Source: an uncultured beta proteobacterium (GTDB lineage: Bacteria; Pseudomonadota; Gammaproteobacteria; Burkholderiales; SG8-41). From it: DNA of 64,000 nt. The notes below the pieces were generated by a model. The model was not told the origin of the DNA. It worked only from the letters and a program-made list of their open reading frames with translations, and made no database searches. The translations under genes and the position numbers were made by a program. The DNA is taken from contig CAISJL010000013.1 of the NCBI GenBank assembly GCA_903885665.1, forward strand, positions 4,689-68,688, in the 5' to 3' direction. Below, in pieces: positions 1-8,967 of the stretch (the stretch's first letter is position 1; each line of letters begins with the position of its first letter).

Positions 1-429
1 CAGCTCCTTTATTGATTTTGCTGCTACCGTCGGATGCGCCATCAATACAAACGGTCCCGATGAAATTAAGCTAATTGGAGAGAAATCTTTAATCGTGTCA
101 TAAGGTACTTGCTGTCTTAAGTGCGGCAAAATAGTTAATGCACCCGGACTGCTAATAAATAAAGTATAGCCATCCGGATTAGCCTTTGCAGCCAACTCTG
201 CACCAATCATACCGCCAGCTCCCGCTCGATTATCAGCGACTAAAGGCTGTCCAAGTTGCTGGGAGATGCCCGGAAATACTAATCTCGCAGTCACATCGGG
301 ACTAGCGCCCGCCGGCACCGACAAAATAACTCGTATCGGCTTAGTTGGCCATGTTTCAGCCAAGACGCCACTCACACCGCTTATGAATGCCGTGATAACT
401 ATTCCAATGATCCAAGGGTATGCATGCAA
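1..429 (-). CDS. Bug/TctC family tripartite tricarboxylate transporter substrate-binding protein (5' part only, runs off the window edge)
   Basis: Not in the ORF track. Manual translation from TTG at 429 (GGAGA RBS upstream) gives a signal peptide then WPTKPIRVILSVPAGASPDVTAR...DNRAGAGGMIGAELAAKANPDGYTL. Confidence 0.9.
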   Translation of the reverse strand, partial: MHAYPWIIGIVITAFISGVSGVLAETWPTKPIRVILSVPAGASPDVTARLVFPGISQQLGQPLVADNRAGAGGMIGAELAAKANPDGYTLFISSPGALTILPHLRQQVPYDTIKDFSPISLISSGPFVLMAHPTVAAKSIKEL

Positions 430-626
430 GTTATATTTCTCCAAGAATTTTACTAAAGCTATCTGTTTATTTGATAATTTGCATGGTATCGCGTTCAAGC
501 CCTTACAGTAAATCGCTTTGTATATGGACTCTGCACCTCAAAAGCGCTGCTGGTAGTAGTGGATGACCTATAGTCAATGCTACTATTGGCATGTTTATTT
601 TATTTCATACCTTTAGGACATTACTC

Positions 627-1376
627 ATGCAAACCCTACAAGAATTATCTGGAAAAGTAGCGCTCGTTACAGGGGCATCACGCAACATCGGTCGTTGTAT
701 TGCGCTGAGTCTAGCTGCCGCAGGCGCTAAAGTCGCAGTAAATGCTCGCCACGCACAATCTGATGCAGATGCAGTTGTTGCGGAAATCAAGGCAACTGGT
801 GGTGATGCTCAGACATTTATTGCTGACATTGCAGACTCGACAGCAGTGCAGAACATGGTAGATGGAGTACTAAAGACATTTGGTCACATTGATATTTTAG
901 TGCTTAATGCTTCAGTTCGAAAAGAAACTGCATTCATTGACATGAGCTATGAGGAATGGCGCAGTCTGCTTGCCATTACTCTAGATGGCTCCTTTCACTG
1001 TACTAAGGCTTGCCTACCATCCATGATTGCCTCTGGCGGCGGCAGTATTGTCACTATTGGCGGCATGAGCTCACTGTCTGGTGCGAAGCGACGAGTTCAC
1101 GGCTCTGTTGGCAAACATGGACTGTGGGGCATGACGCGCGCCCTCGCCAAAGAATTAGGCGAGTATCAAATTCGCGTAAACTGTGTCGCGCCAGGACAAA
1201 TGAATACCACCAGAAGCGCAGATCGCTCAGAACGTCCTGCAGTATCTAATGTACCTTTAGGACGCCGATCTGATCCTGAAGAGATTGCCAGCACCGTACG
1301 CTTTTTATGTGGCCCCGGTGCTACCATGATTAGTGGTCAATTAATTTATGTAGATGGCGGTCAACAACAATTCTAA
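627..1376 (+). CDS. SDR family oxidoreductase, atypical active site (no catalytic Tyr)
   Basis: TGASRNIG Rossmann motif, LNAS, IRVNCVAPG. VHGSVGK replaces YxxxK. Start moved to ATG 627 (AGGA RBS). Confidence 0.88.
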   Translation: MQTLQELSGKVALVTGASRNIGRCIALSLAAAGAKVAVNARHAQSDADAVVAEIKATGGDAQTFIADIADSTAVQNMVDGVLKTFGHIDILVLNASVRKETAFIDMSYEEWRSLLAITLDGSFHCTKACLPSMIASGGGSIVTIGGMSSLSGAKRRVHGSVGKHGLWGMTRALAKELGEYQIRVNCVAPGQMNTTRSADRSERPAVSNVPLGRRSDPEEIASTVRFLCGPGATMISGQLIYVDGGQQQF

Positions 1377-1405
1377 ATATTAAACAAAGTAGTTTAGTCC
1401 ACTGA

Positions 1406-3187
1406 CTATTGGCCAGGTGTTGTCATAAATTGTAGTTGGGCTAAATGTGCATAAAATGGATCGGCACTCATGAGCTCATCGTGCGTGCCGATCGCATGAA
1501 CATTACCGCGGTCCAATACAATAATCCGATCTGCATTTCTGACAGTTGCTAATCGATGTGCAATCACAAGCGTTGTGCGCCCTCTAGCCAAGCGCTCCAA
1601 GGCTATTGCCACTTTGTGCTCACTGGCAGCGTCAAGCGCACTGGTTGCTTCGTCTAGTAACAATACAGGACAGTCTGCGACTAGGGCTCTTGCGATTGCA
1701 ATCCGCTGACGTTGGCCGCCTGAGAGTTGTATCCCACGCTCACCCAGTTGAGTATCAAGACCCTGCGGTAAGCGCTCTATAAATTCAAGCGCATGCGCAG
1801 CTTCACAGGCCGCATACACTTCATCCAGACTGGATTGCGGTCTGCCAAATCGAATGTTTTCAAGAGCACTGGTCGCAAATATCACTGGGTCTTGAGCCAC
1901 TAAGGCCATCGTTTGACGTAACAATAGCGGGTCAAAATACCTTATATCAATGCCATCCAGAGTAATATTGCCTGATTGCGGATCGTAAAATCTAAGTAGC
2001 AATGAAAATAATGTTGTCTTGCCCGCACCAGAGGGACCCACTAAAGCAATTTTTTCCCCTGATCTAATTTCAAAGGATAAGTTTTCGATGGCCGGCATCT
2101 GCAAGCGCGTTGGATAAGAAAAGCGAACCTGATTAAATCGTATAGCGCCAGTGACTGGTGATGGCAATTTAACAACAGGGTTGATTCGTTCTAGGGTTGA
2201 ACGAGTATCTAGCAATGCCATGAGTCGTTCGGTAGCACCAGCTGCACGCTGGATTTCTCCCCAAATCTCAGACAAAGTACCAGCACCAGTCGCTACTAAA
2301 CTGGCATAAAAGACAAACGCAGATAGCTCACCTGCGGATAGTTGTCCAGCCAGCACATCATGACCCCCAATCCACAGAATCATCCCAACTGCAGAAAATG
2401 CAAACAGCATAACGATCGCAATCAGCCATGCTTTGAGTCGAATTCGAGCAACTCCAGCAACATAAGCTTCTTCTGTTGCGTGCGCAAAAATAGTTTGTGT
2501 CTGCGATTCATGGGCATAGGCCTGAATCGTACGTATTTCATGAATTGACTCATCAATGTGGGCAGAAACATCGGCCACACGATCTTGACCATCACGTGAC
2601 AAATGTCGCACTCGGCGCCCAACGATGAGTATTGGTATCAAGGTTACCGGTATACCTAAGACAATCAACAACGCCAACTTAGGACTAGTCAAGAATAGCA
2701 GGATTAATGCACCTAGCATCATCAATGCATGCCGGATAAACATCGACAATCCAAAACTAATAACCTGCCGCAACTGATCGGTATCATTAGTTAAACGAGA
2801 AACAATATCACCCGTACGAACCGCATCATAAAAGTCTGCCGACAATGTCAGCGCATGATCAAAGACTGCACGCCGCAAATCTGCGATAACACGCTCACCT
2901 ACCGTCATCATTAAATAAAATCGAGTAAATGTTGCAGCTGCTAATATGACTGCAATTACAAATACACCAATAAGTGCCCAGTTAAGAAGCATTGGGTTTC
3001 GCGCACCAAAACCCTGATCTATAACCATGCGTAAACCCTGCCCCAGCGCTAGCACACAGGCCGAAGCAATCATTAGAGCAATCAATGCGCAAAGCACACG
3101 CCAACGGTATGGCAGTACAAAACGACTTAGTCGCCGCAACTGTGAGACATTGCCTGTTACTTGCTCAGCACCAGATTGAATCTTCAT
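1406..3187 (-). CDS. ABC exporter, fused permease/ATPase (MsbA-related)
   Basis: N-terminal transmembrane domain, Walker A GPSGAGKT, signature LSGGQRQR, Walker B LLLDEATSALD, AHRL switch. Confidence 0.93.
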   Translation of the reverse strand: MKIQSGAEQVTGNVSQLRRLSRFVLPYRWRVLCALIALMIASACVLALGQGLRMVIDQGFGARNPMLLNWALIGVFVIAVILAAATFTRFYLMMTVGERVIADLRRAVFDHALTLSADFYDAVRTGDIVSRLTNDTDQLRQVISFGLSMFIRHALMMLGALILLFLTSPKLALLIVLGIPVTLIPILIVGRRVRHLSRDGQDRVADVSAHIDESIHEIRTIQAYAHESQTQTIFAHATEEAYVAGVARIRLKAWLIAIVMLFAFSAVGMILWIGGHDVLAGQLSAGELSAFVFYASLVATGAGTLSEIWGEIQRAAGATERLMALLDTRSTLERINPVVKLPSPVTGAIRFNQVRFSYPTRLQMPAIENLSFEIRSGEKIALVGPSGAGKTTLFSLLLRFYDPQSGNITLDGIDIRYFDPLLLRQTMALVAQDPVIFATSALENIRFGRPQSSLDEVYAACEAAHALEFIERLPQGLDTQLGERGIQLSGGQRQRIAIARALVADCPVLLLDEATSALDAASEHKVAIALERLARGRTTLVIAHRLATVRNADRIIVLDRGNVHAIGTHDELMSADPFYAHLAQLQFMTTPGQ

Positions 3188-3221
3188 CTACAGCTTAGTA
3201 CTTGTCTGATGACTAGCATCA

Positions 3222-4010
3222 TTATGAATATTGCTTTAAAAATTTTAAAACAGCTTGATTAAAAAAATATGGTTGCTCTACATTAGACAAGTGAGCAGCT
3301 GAAGGGATAATTATTAATTCAGCGTCTCGCAAAGCAGCTTGCATTTGCTGGGCCATCCATGGCGTAGTAGCGTGATCATGTTCTCCTACCATCACTAGAG
3401 CAGGACACTCTATTTGATTGAGTTGATCTAAAACATCAATACGCGATATCGCATTACAACACCCAGCGAAACCATCTACTGGTGTATTACGTATCATGTT
3501 TCCAATCCGGTCCATCTCTAAGGGTTGCGCATTGCGAAATGGTTCAGTAAACCACCGCGCCAAAGTGGATTCCACTAAAGCCTCCATCCCCTCATTGCGT
3601 GCATTTTTTACCCGCTCAGCCCACATCTCTAATGCGTTCTCTGGACGCCTGCTCGTTGTGTCTGCCAATACTAGTGTTTTTAAAATACCTGGATATGCGA
3701 TTGCAAAAGTCTGGCCAATCATACCCCCCATCGATAAGCCAATGAAATGTGACTTGTGAATATTTAATGCCTGAAACAATCCAGCAAGATCAGTAGCCAA
3801 TTCGCTTAAGGTATATGCACCTACGGGCGCGCTGCTGAGCCCATGACCGCGAGTATCATATCTTAGAACACTAAAGTGCCTAGCCAATTCTTCAGCCAAT
3901 CCGTCCCACATTCCCAAATCACAAGCCAGCGAATGGTATAGCGTCACCCAGGGACCTGAACCTGAAATTTCATAATTACAGGTGATACCATTGATATTTT
4001 TTTTCATCAC
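3222..4010 (-). CDS. 3-oxoadipate enol-lactonase-like alpha/beta hydrolase (PcaD family)
   Basis: YDTRGHG, nucleophile elbow GLSMGG, RWFT, AHLSNVEQP. Confidence 0.85.
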   Translation of the reverse strand: MMKKNINGITCNYEISGSGPWVTLYHSLACDLGMWDGLAEELARHFSVLRYDTRGHGLSSAPVGAYTLSELATDLAGLFQALNIHKSHFIGLSMGGMIGQTFAIAYPGILKTLVLADTTSRRPENALEMWAERVKNARNEGMEALVESTLARWFTEPFRNAQPLEMDRIGNMIRNTPVDGFAGCCNAISRIDVLDQLNQIECPALVMVGEHDHATTPWMAQQMQAALRDAELIIIPSAAHLSNVEQPYFFNQAVLKFLKQYS

Positions 4011-4081
4011 TATACGTTTCTAGTGCAATAGAAGCACTTCGTTTAATTAAGCACTTCATTTAATCCAATATTAATCTAACA

Positions 4082-5071
4082 CTATTGTGCTTTTATGTTT
4101 CCGGCATTGGCAATTGTGGTGAATATCGCGATATCGCTTGCGATCAATTTGTCAAACGCTGCAGGCGTTGTTGGGCTTGGCTCCAAGCCAATCGGTGCCC
4201 ATCGCTTACGCGCCTCAGGATCATTTAAAATTCGCGTCACTTCATGATTTAAACCCATCAAAATTGGCTTGGGGACCCGTTGCGCCGTAAGCAATCCAAA
4301 CCACAATATTGACTCGAATTTAGGTACGCCGGCTTCCGCAATGGTCGGTACATCGGGTAGCAATGGGTCCCGCTTGATAGATGAAACACCTAAACCTAAT
4401 AACTTACCCTCACGCACAAATACTACAGCATTCGCAATCGGTGACATAAAAAAATTTACTCGTCCAGTCAAAGACTCGGTTAACGCCTCTGGAATTCCCT
4501 TGAATGGAATATGCACTGCATCAATCTTTGCCATACTCTTAAATAACTCACCAGCAAAATGACTACCGCTACCTACCCCGGCTGATGAGAAATTAAATTG
4601 TCCAGATTTTTGTTGTGCGGCTTGCATTAGATCTTTTAAATTTTTATAGCCGGATGTTGGCGATGTCACCAATACATATTTAGATACCGCTGTTTGCGAA
4701 ATTCCTGCAAAGTCACGCAATGCATTAAAAGGCAATTGTGAATAAATTGCAGGTGCAACAGCATGTGCAGAGGATACAGCTAGCAATGTATAGCCATCCG
4801 GATTTGCATTAGCTGTAATATTAGCAGCTATCGTGCCCCCTGCACCGGGACGATTATCAACAATCACTTGTTGCTTATATTCCTCTGATAACCGTTGTGA
4901 TATATAGCGTGCGGTAATATCTGGCCCTCCTCCCGGAGTAAACCCGACTAATATTCGTATGGGTTTTATAGGGTAATCAGCTGTGACTGCGCGACTTGCT
5001 GCAGTGTACAAACCGCACCAAAAAAATAAACTCATTACAATTACATAACATACATTCCTTAAACCCATCAC
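4082..5071 (-). CDS. Bug/TctC family substrate-binding protein
   Basis: Signal peptide, YPIKPIRILVGFTPGGGPDITAR, DNRPGAGG, PDGYTL, HIPFKG, LPDVPTIAE. Confidence 0.93.
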   Translation of the reverse strand: MMGLRNVCYVIVMSLFFWCGLYTAASRAVTADYPIKPIRILVGFTPGGGPDITARYISQRLSEEYKQQVIVDNRPGAGGTIAANITANANPDGYTLLAVSSAHAVAPAIYSQLPFNALRDFAGISQTAVSKYVLVTSPTSGYKNLKDLMQAAQQKSGQFNFSSAGVGSGSHFAGELFKSMAKIDAVHIPFKGIPEALTESLTGRVNFFMSPIANAVVFVREGKLLGLGVSSIKRDPLLPDVPTIAEAGVPKFESILWFGLLTAQRVPKPILMGLNHEVTRILNDPEARKRWAPIGLEPSPTTPAAFDKLIASDIAIFTTIANAGNIKAQ

Positions 5072-5283
5072 ATCACTCCAATAACTGTTATAAAAAAATG
5101 CTTTTTTAAAAAGTCTCGTTTATATCAACTCATTGCTTACAGACTGAATGCATCCAGATTGTTTTTAGCGAATTATTTTTAAGTTTTTCATAATATAGTA
5201 TGCACTATAACAGTCCAAAATCATTGATGTCACGATATGGACGGCTCCAGATCAAACATTGCCGGTAATTTTCAATAATTTAG

Positions 5284-5295
5284 GTATGATCATAC
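5284..5295. promoter_or_regulatory. Perfect 12-bp palindrome, candidate operator
   Basis: GTATGATCATAC lies 17 nt upstream of the SDR ATG at 5313, in a divergent Bug/SDR spacer. Confidence 0.35.
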
Positions 5296-5312
5296 TTTTT
5301 GAAAGTCTAAAC

Positions 5313-6092
5313 ATGTCAACTTACCACACTCCTGTATCCATTAATCCTAAACCTCTTATTGGTGAAGTTGCACTCATTACTGGTGCAGCAAAAAATATTG
5401 GTCGGTCTATCGCACTAGAGCTTGCAGCAGCAGGTGCTACTGTTGCTATCAATACTCGTAGCTCATTGTCTGAAGCGAATGCCGTTGCTACAGAGGTTCA
5501 TGCAATGGGTGGTAATGCCGCCGTTTTTGTAGCAGATATTGCAGACCCAGAAGCAGTCAAGCAAATGTGCGCTGCAGTTGTTAGCACACTGGGAACAATT
5601 ACAACCCTTGTATTGAATGCTTCTGTTCGCCAAGAAATTCCATTCACTGAAATGACTTTTAGTCAGTGGCGAGAAGTCATGTCTATCTCACTCGATGGCT
5701 CATTTCATTGCATTAAAAATGTTATGCCTGGAATGCTTGCAAGAGGCTGCGGCAATATCATTACCTTAGCAGGGGACACTGCATTGACAGGTGCGATTGG
5801 CAAGGTGCACAGTTCATCTGCAAAAAGTGGCTTAGCGGGAATGACTCGGGCTTTAGCACGCGAGCTCGGACCCCAAGGGATTCGTGTCAACTGCGTCTCA
5901 CCGGGTAGCTTTAATACCACACGACCATCATCTCGACCCGCACGCCAACCTGCTGCCGGTCGAATTCCTCTAGGTCGATGGGGTGATTCGGCAGAGTGCG
6001 CTGCCACCGTTCGTTTTTTATGTAGCCCTGAATCAGGCTTTATTACTGGCCAAACTATTCACATTAATGGCGGCCAATGGACTTTTGCATAA
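5313..6092 (+). CDS. SDR family oxidoreductase, atypical active site (paralog of 627..1376)
   Basis: TGAAKNIG, LNASVR, VHSSSAK in place of YxxxK, IRVNCVSPG. Start ATG 5313 preferred over TTG 5259. Confidence 0.88.
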   Translation: MSTYHTPVSINPKPLIGEVALITGAAKNIGRSIALELAAAGATVAINTRSSLSEANAVATEVHAMGGNAAVFVADIADPEAVKQMCAAVVSTLGTITTLVLNASVRQEIPFTEMTFSQWREVMSISLDGSFHCIKNVMPGMLARGCGNIITLAGDTALTGAIGKVHSSSAKSGLAGMTRALARELGPQGIRVNCVSPGSFNTTRPSSRPARQPAAGRIPLGRWGDSAECAATVRFLCSPESGFITGQTIHINGGQWTFA

Positions 6093-6195
6093 ACTACATT
6101 TCAGAAGTTGGCTTGATTTAACGTCCTGATTTAGCATCTTAATTCACCTCTTTAATTAAACACAATCGATCCATTTATTTTTAAAAGGAGTTTAC

Positions 6196-6768
6196 ATGTC
6201 CACTCTTACCCCACGCCTTCCCAAAATTCCACCAGAGCAAATGACCGAAGAGCAAAAAAAAGTAGCAGCAGAAATTGTGGCAGGTCCTCGTGGTGAGTTA
6301 CGCGGCCCCTACATTCCGCTTATTCGTAGTCCAGGGCTTGCCAGTCCACTTCAGCAAGTGGGCGAATATCTTCGCTTCGGCTCTCCCCTTGATCGACGTA
6401 TTGCAGAGATGGCCACATTATTAGCTGCACGTCATTGGACACAACATTATGAATGGATTGCGCATCACAAACATGCCATGACTGCCGGATTAAGCCCGGA
6501 AATTGCCCAAGCTATTGCCGAGGGTCGGCGTCCCACGAATATGGCTGCTGATGAAGATGCCGTATATGATCTTGTCATGGAATCGTTAAATAATAAAAGT
6601 GTTTGCGATACCACCTACAATCGTGCGCTAGTATTATTTGGCGAGCAAGGCATTATTGATTTATTGGGTATCTCAGGATACTACGCACTGCTCGCGATGA
6701 TTCTTAATGTTGCGCGCACTCCGTTACCTGTTGGTCGCGATCCAATGATGCCTTGGTTTCCCCACTAA
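6196..6768 (+). CDS. Carboxymuconolactone decarboxylase (CMD/AhpD-like) family protein
   Basis: GPRG..RGP..P..RSP, ExxxLxxAR, YEWxAH; no CxxC; AAGGAG RBS. Confidence 0.85.
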   Translation: MSTLTPRLPKIPPEQMTEEQKKVAAEIVAGPRGELRGPYIPLIRSPGLASPLQQVGEYLRFGSPLDRRIAEMATLLAARHWTQHYEWIAHHKHAMTAGLSPEIAQAIAEGRRPTNMAADEDAVYDLVMESLNNKSVCDTTYNRALVLFGEQGIIDLLGISGYYALLAMILNVARTPLPVGRDPMMPWFPH

Positions 6769-6831
6769 TATTGCTAAAAAATTAATCTGTTCTTACTACT
6801 TACACTTCTTGCCGGACACAGCTTCGCCTCC

Positions 6832-7968
6832 ATGGCGGTGCTGGTCTTGGCGGCGGTCGCCCCAGCCGTTGCCCTAGATTATGGTATTAATAGTTCGCTC
6901 ATTGGTTACCAAATCAGTTTGATTAGTTTTGGGATGATGTTAACCCTCACATTATTAGGTAATACGAGCAAACGATATGGAGCGGCACGCACTAATCAAA
7001 TTGGGCACGCTTTCATCGCAAGCGGTATTTTAATACTACTCATACCTTGGCTACCATTTCTGATCGTGGGATCACTGATTATTGGTTTAGGCTACGGCAT
7101 GATCACCCCTTCCGCCTCTCATTTACTGATGCGTTATACCTTGCCACATCGTCGTAGCACAGTATTTTCTATCCATCAAATCGGAATCCCTGCAGGTGGC
7201 ATACTTGCATCCTCGATCGCACCTGCGATCACTGTGTATGCAAGTTGGCACTGGGCAGTACTTTTTAGTGCAAGTCTGTTAGTTTGTGTTGTATTACTCA
7301 TGCAAGTACGGCGCCATCATTGGGACGATGATCGCGATCAAAGTGCGGCTATCATCACCCCCAATCCATTTGCAGGTACTCAAGCAATTTGGGCTCATCC
7401 CAAGCTAAGACTTGCCACACTGGCCGGCAGTTGCTTTTCGTGGGTACAATTCTGCACAGCGACATTCACGGTTGTTGCTTGTGTATCTGTATTGCAGATG
7501 GACTTGTTAATTGCAGGCACTGTATTGTCTGTAGTACAACTCTCAAGCGCAGCTGGTCGAGTATTAATGGGGTGGATTGTCGATCGTATTAATAACACAA
7601 TCATCGTCCTGGGTTTCAATGCAGCCATCTTAATCATTGCTACTATCGCAACCCTTTTTTTAACCCCAGAATTGCCATTATTTGCAATCTATATTTTATT
7701 TGCGGTTCTTGGTGCAACCTCTGGTAGCTGGCCAGGAGTGCTGTTATCCGAAGTGGGACGACTAGCCCCCTCGGGAAATGTTAGCTTAGCCATCAGCGGT
7801 TCTCTAGTCATTACGAACGTAGGTAAATTTTTAGGACCTATTATTTTCGTCAATATGTATGCTTATTCACAACAATATACCCTAACATTTGCAGCTCTTA
7901 CTGTACCAGCAGTAATTGCTTTATATAGTTTATATGCGGCTCAGCAACAATCAGAACAGACCACATAA
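6832..7968 (+). CDS. MFS transporter (true start may lie upstream, about 6771-6781)
   Basis: About 12 hydrophobic segments and the GRVLMGWIVDR motif. The frame is open upstream to 6778 and encodes the rest of TM1. Confidence 0.85.
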   Translation: MAVLVLAAVAPAVALDYGINSSLIGYQISLISFGMMLTLTLLGNTSKRYGAARTNQIGHAFIASGILILLIPWLPFLIVGSLIIGLGYGMITPSASHLLMRYTLPHRRSTVFSIHQIGIPAGGILASSIAPAITVYASWHWAVLFSASLLVCVVLLMQVRRHHWDDDRDQSAAIITPNPFAGTQAIWAHPKLRLATLAGSCFSWVQFCTATFTVVACVSVLQMDLLIAGTVLSVVQLSSAAGRVLMGWIVDRINNTIIVLGFNAAILIIATIATLFLTPELPLFAIYILFAVLGATSGSWPGVLLSEVGRLAPSGNVSLAISGSLVITNVGKFLGPIIFVNMYAYSQQYTLTFAALTVPAVIALYSLYAAQQQSEQTT

Positions 7969-8049
7969 AATTAACTCACATAATGCGCATATTCATTTTT
8001 AACAGTGCACATTTTTATTTTTCTGTAAATTTATCGAGCTCGCATCTAT

Positions 8050-8826
8050 ATGAACACGATACTAAAGGTATTTTTCATAATCAGCATTTTAATAACATTT
8101 ACTGCACGTTCTCAAACACCCAGCCCGCAAATGCAATACAACGATGCATGCGCCCACTGCCATACACCTGGACTTGGTGGCGCACCTCGCTTAGGTTCAG
8201 CTAAAGACTGGAGTGCACGCATCCGTCCTGGCCTTAATTTACTGTATCAATCAGCACTATATGGTGTACCCAATACAACCATGTCCGCCAAAGGTGGATA
8301 CAAAGAATTAAGTGATATTAATGTACGTGCAATCGTCGATTTCATTCTGAGCGCAAGTCAAATAACACCTTTGCAACTTGCTGCCGCAGTTCGCTATGAT
8401 ACGCTAGGTATTAAAGACCGTGAATTCATTTATTTAGATGCTAATTTTGACGGCGTGTTAAATAAGCAAGAACTTGGTCGCGATTCGATGTTGACTGATA
8501 AGCTATCACGCTTTGACCAAAATTTTGATGGTGTAATTAGCTTTAAAGAATACCAGACTCTAACTATTGAGCTTGAGGGGGATCGGACAAATGCTAATGT
8601 TACTGATTTAACAATCAGCAACGAGATTCACTTGATATTGCAATCTATGCCCCTACTAAAAGGGCAGGCCATAAAAATTGATGTGCAAGCTGGGCGCGTG
8701 ATAATCACTGGCATGGTCAATACAGCACAGGATATTCTTAGCGTGCAACGTGCCCTGCGTTGGGTCTCTGGCATTAAACAAATAGACAATCGTTTAGTAT
8801 CTGGGGCGCTATTAGCTTGGGACTAA
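8050..8826 (+). CDS. Exported cytochrome c5-like / EF-hand pair / BON domain fusion protein
   Basis: Signal peptide; CAHCH heme motif with c5-type GAP..G...DW..R and M..KGG; EF loops DANFDGVLNKQE and DQNFDGVISFKE; BON-like C-terminus (D..I...I...L...IKIDVQAGRVIITGMV...VSGIKQIDNRL). Confidence 0.8.
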   Translation: MNTILKVFFIISILITFTARSQTPSPQMQYNDACAHCHTPGLGGAPRLGSAKDWSARIRPGLNLLYQSALYGVPNTTMSAKGGYKELSDINVRAIVDFILSASQITPLQLAAAVRYDTLGIKDREFIYLDANFDGVLNKQELGRDSMLTDKLSRFDQNFDGVISFKEYQTLTIELEGDRTNANVTDLTISNEIHLILQSMPLLKGQAIKIDVQAGRVIITGMVNTAQDILSVQRALRWVSGIKQIDNRLVSGALLAWD

Positions 8827-8833
8827 TAGCGCC
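8805..8833. terminator. Hairpin overlapping the stop of the cytochrome c fusion gene
   Basis: Perfect 11-bp stem GGCGCTATTAG-N7-CTAATAGCGCC between convergent genes; weak U-tract. Confidence 0.45.
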
Positions 8834-8967
8834 ATTTGATTCAAACTAATCAGTAAGCTTAACGCAGTTGCTACCATTTTATTGCGAGCAGTAATTACTC
8901 ATTTTTACACTACTCAAAATATCATAGTCGTTATTCCACCTTGCAGCTAAATGGTTATTGGTACTAA

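Noticed and set aside
266-511. 81-aa plus-strand ORF from the track
   Set aside because: Antisense shadow of the partial Bug gene at 1-429.
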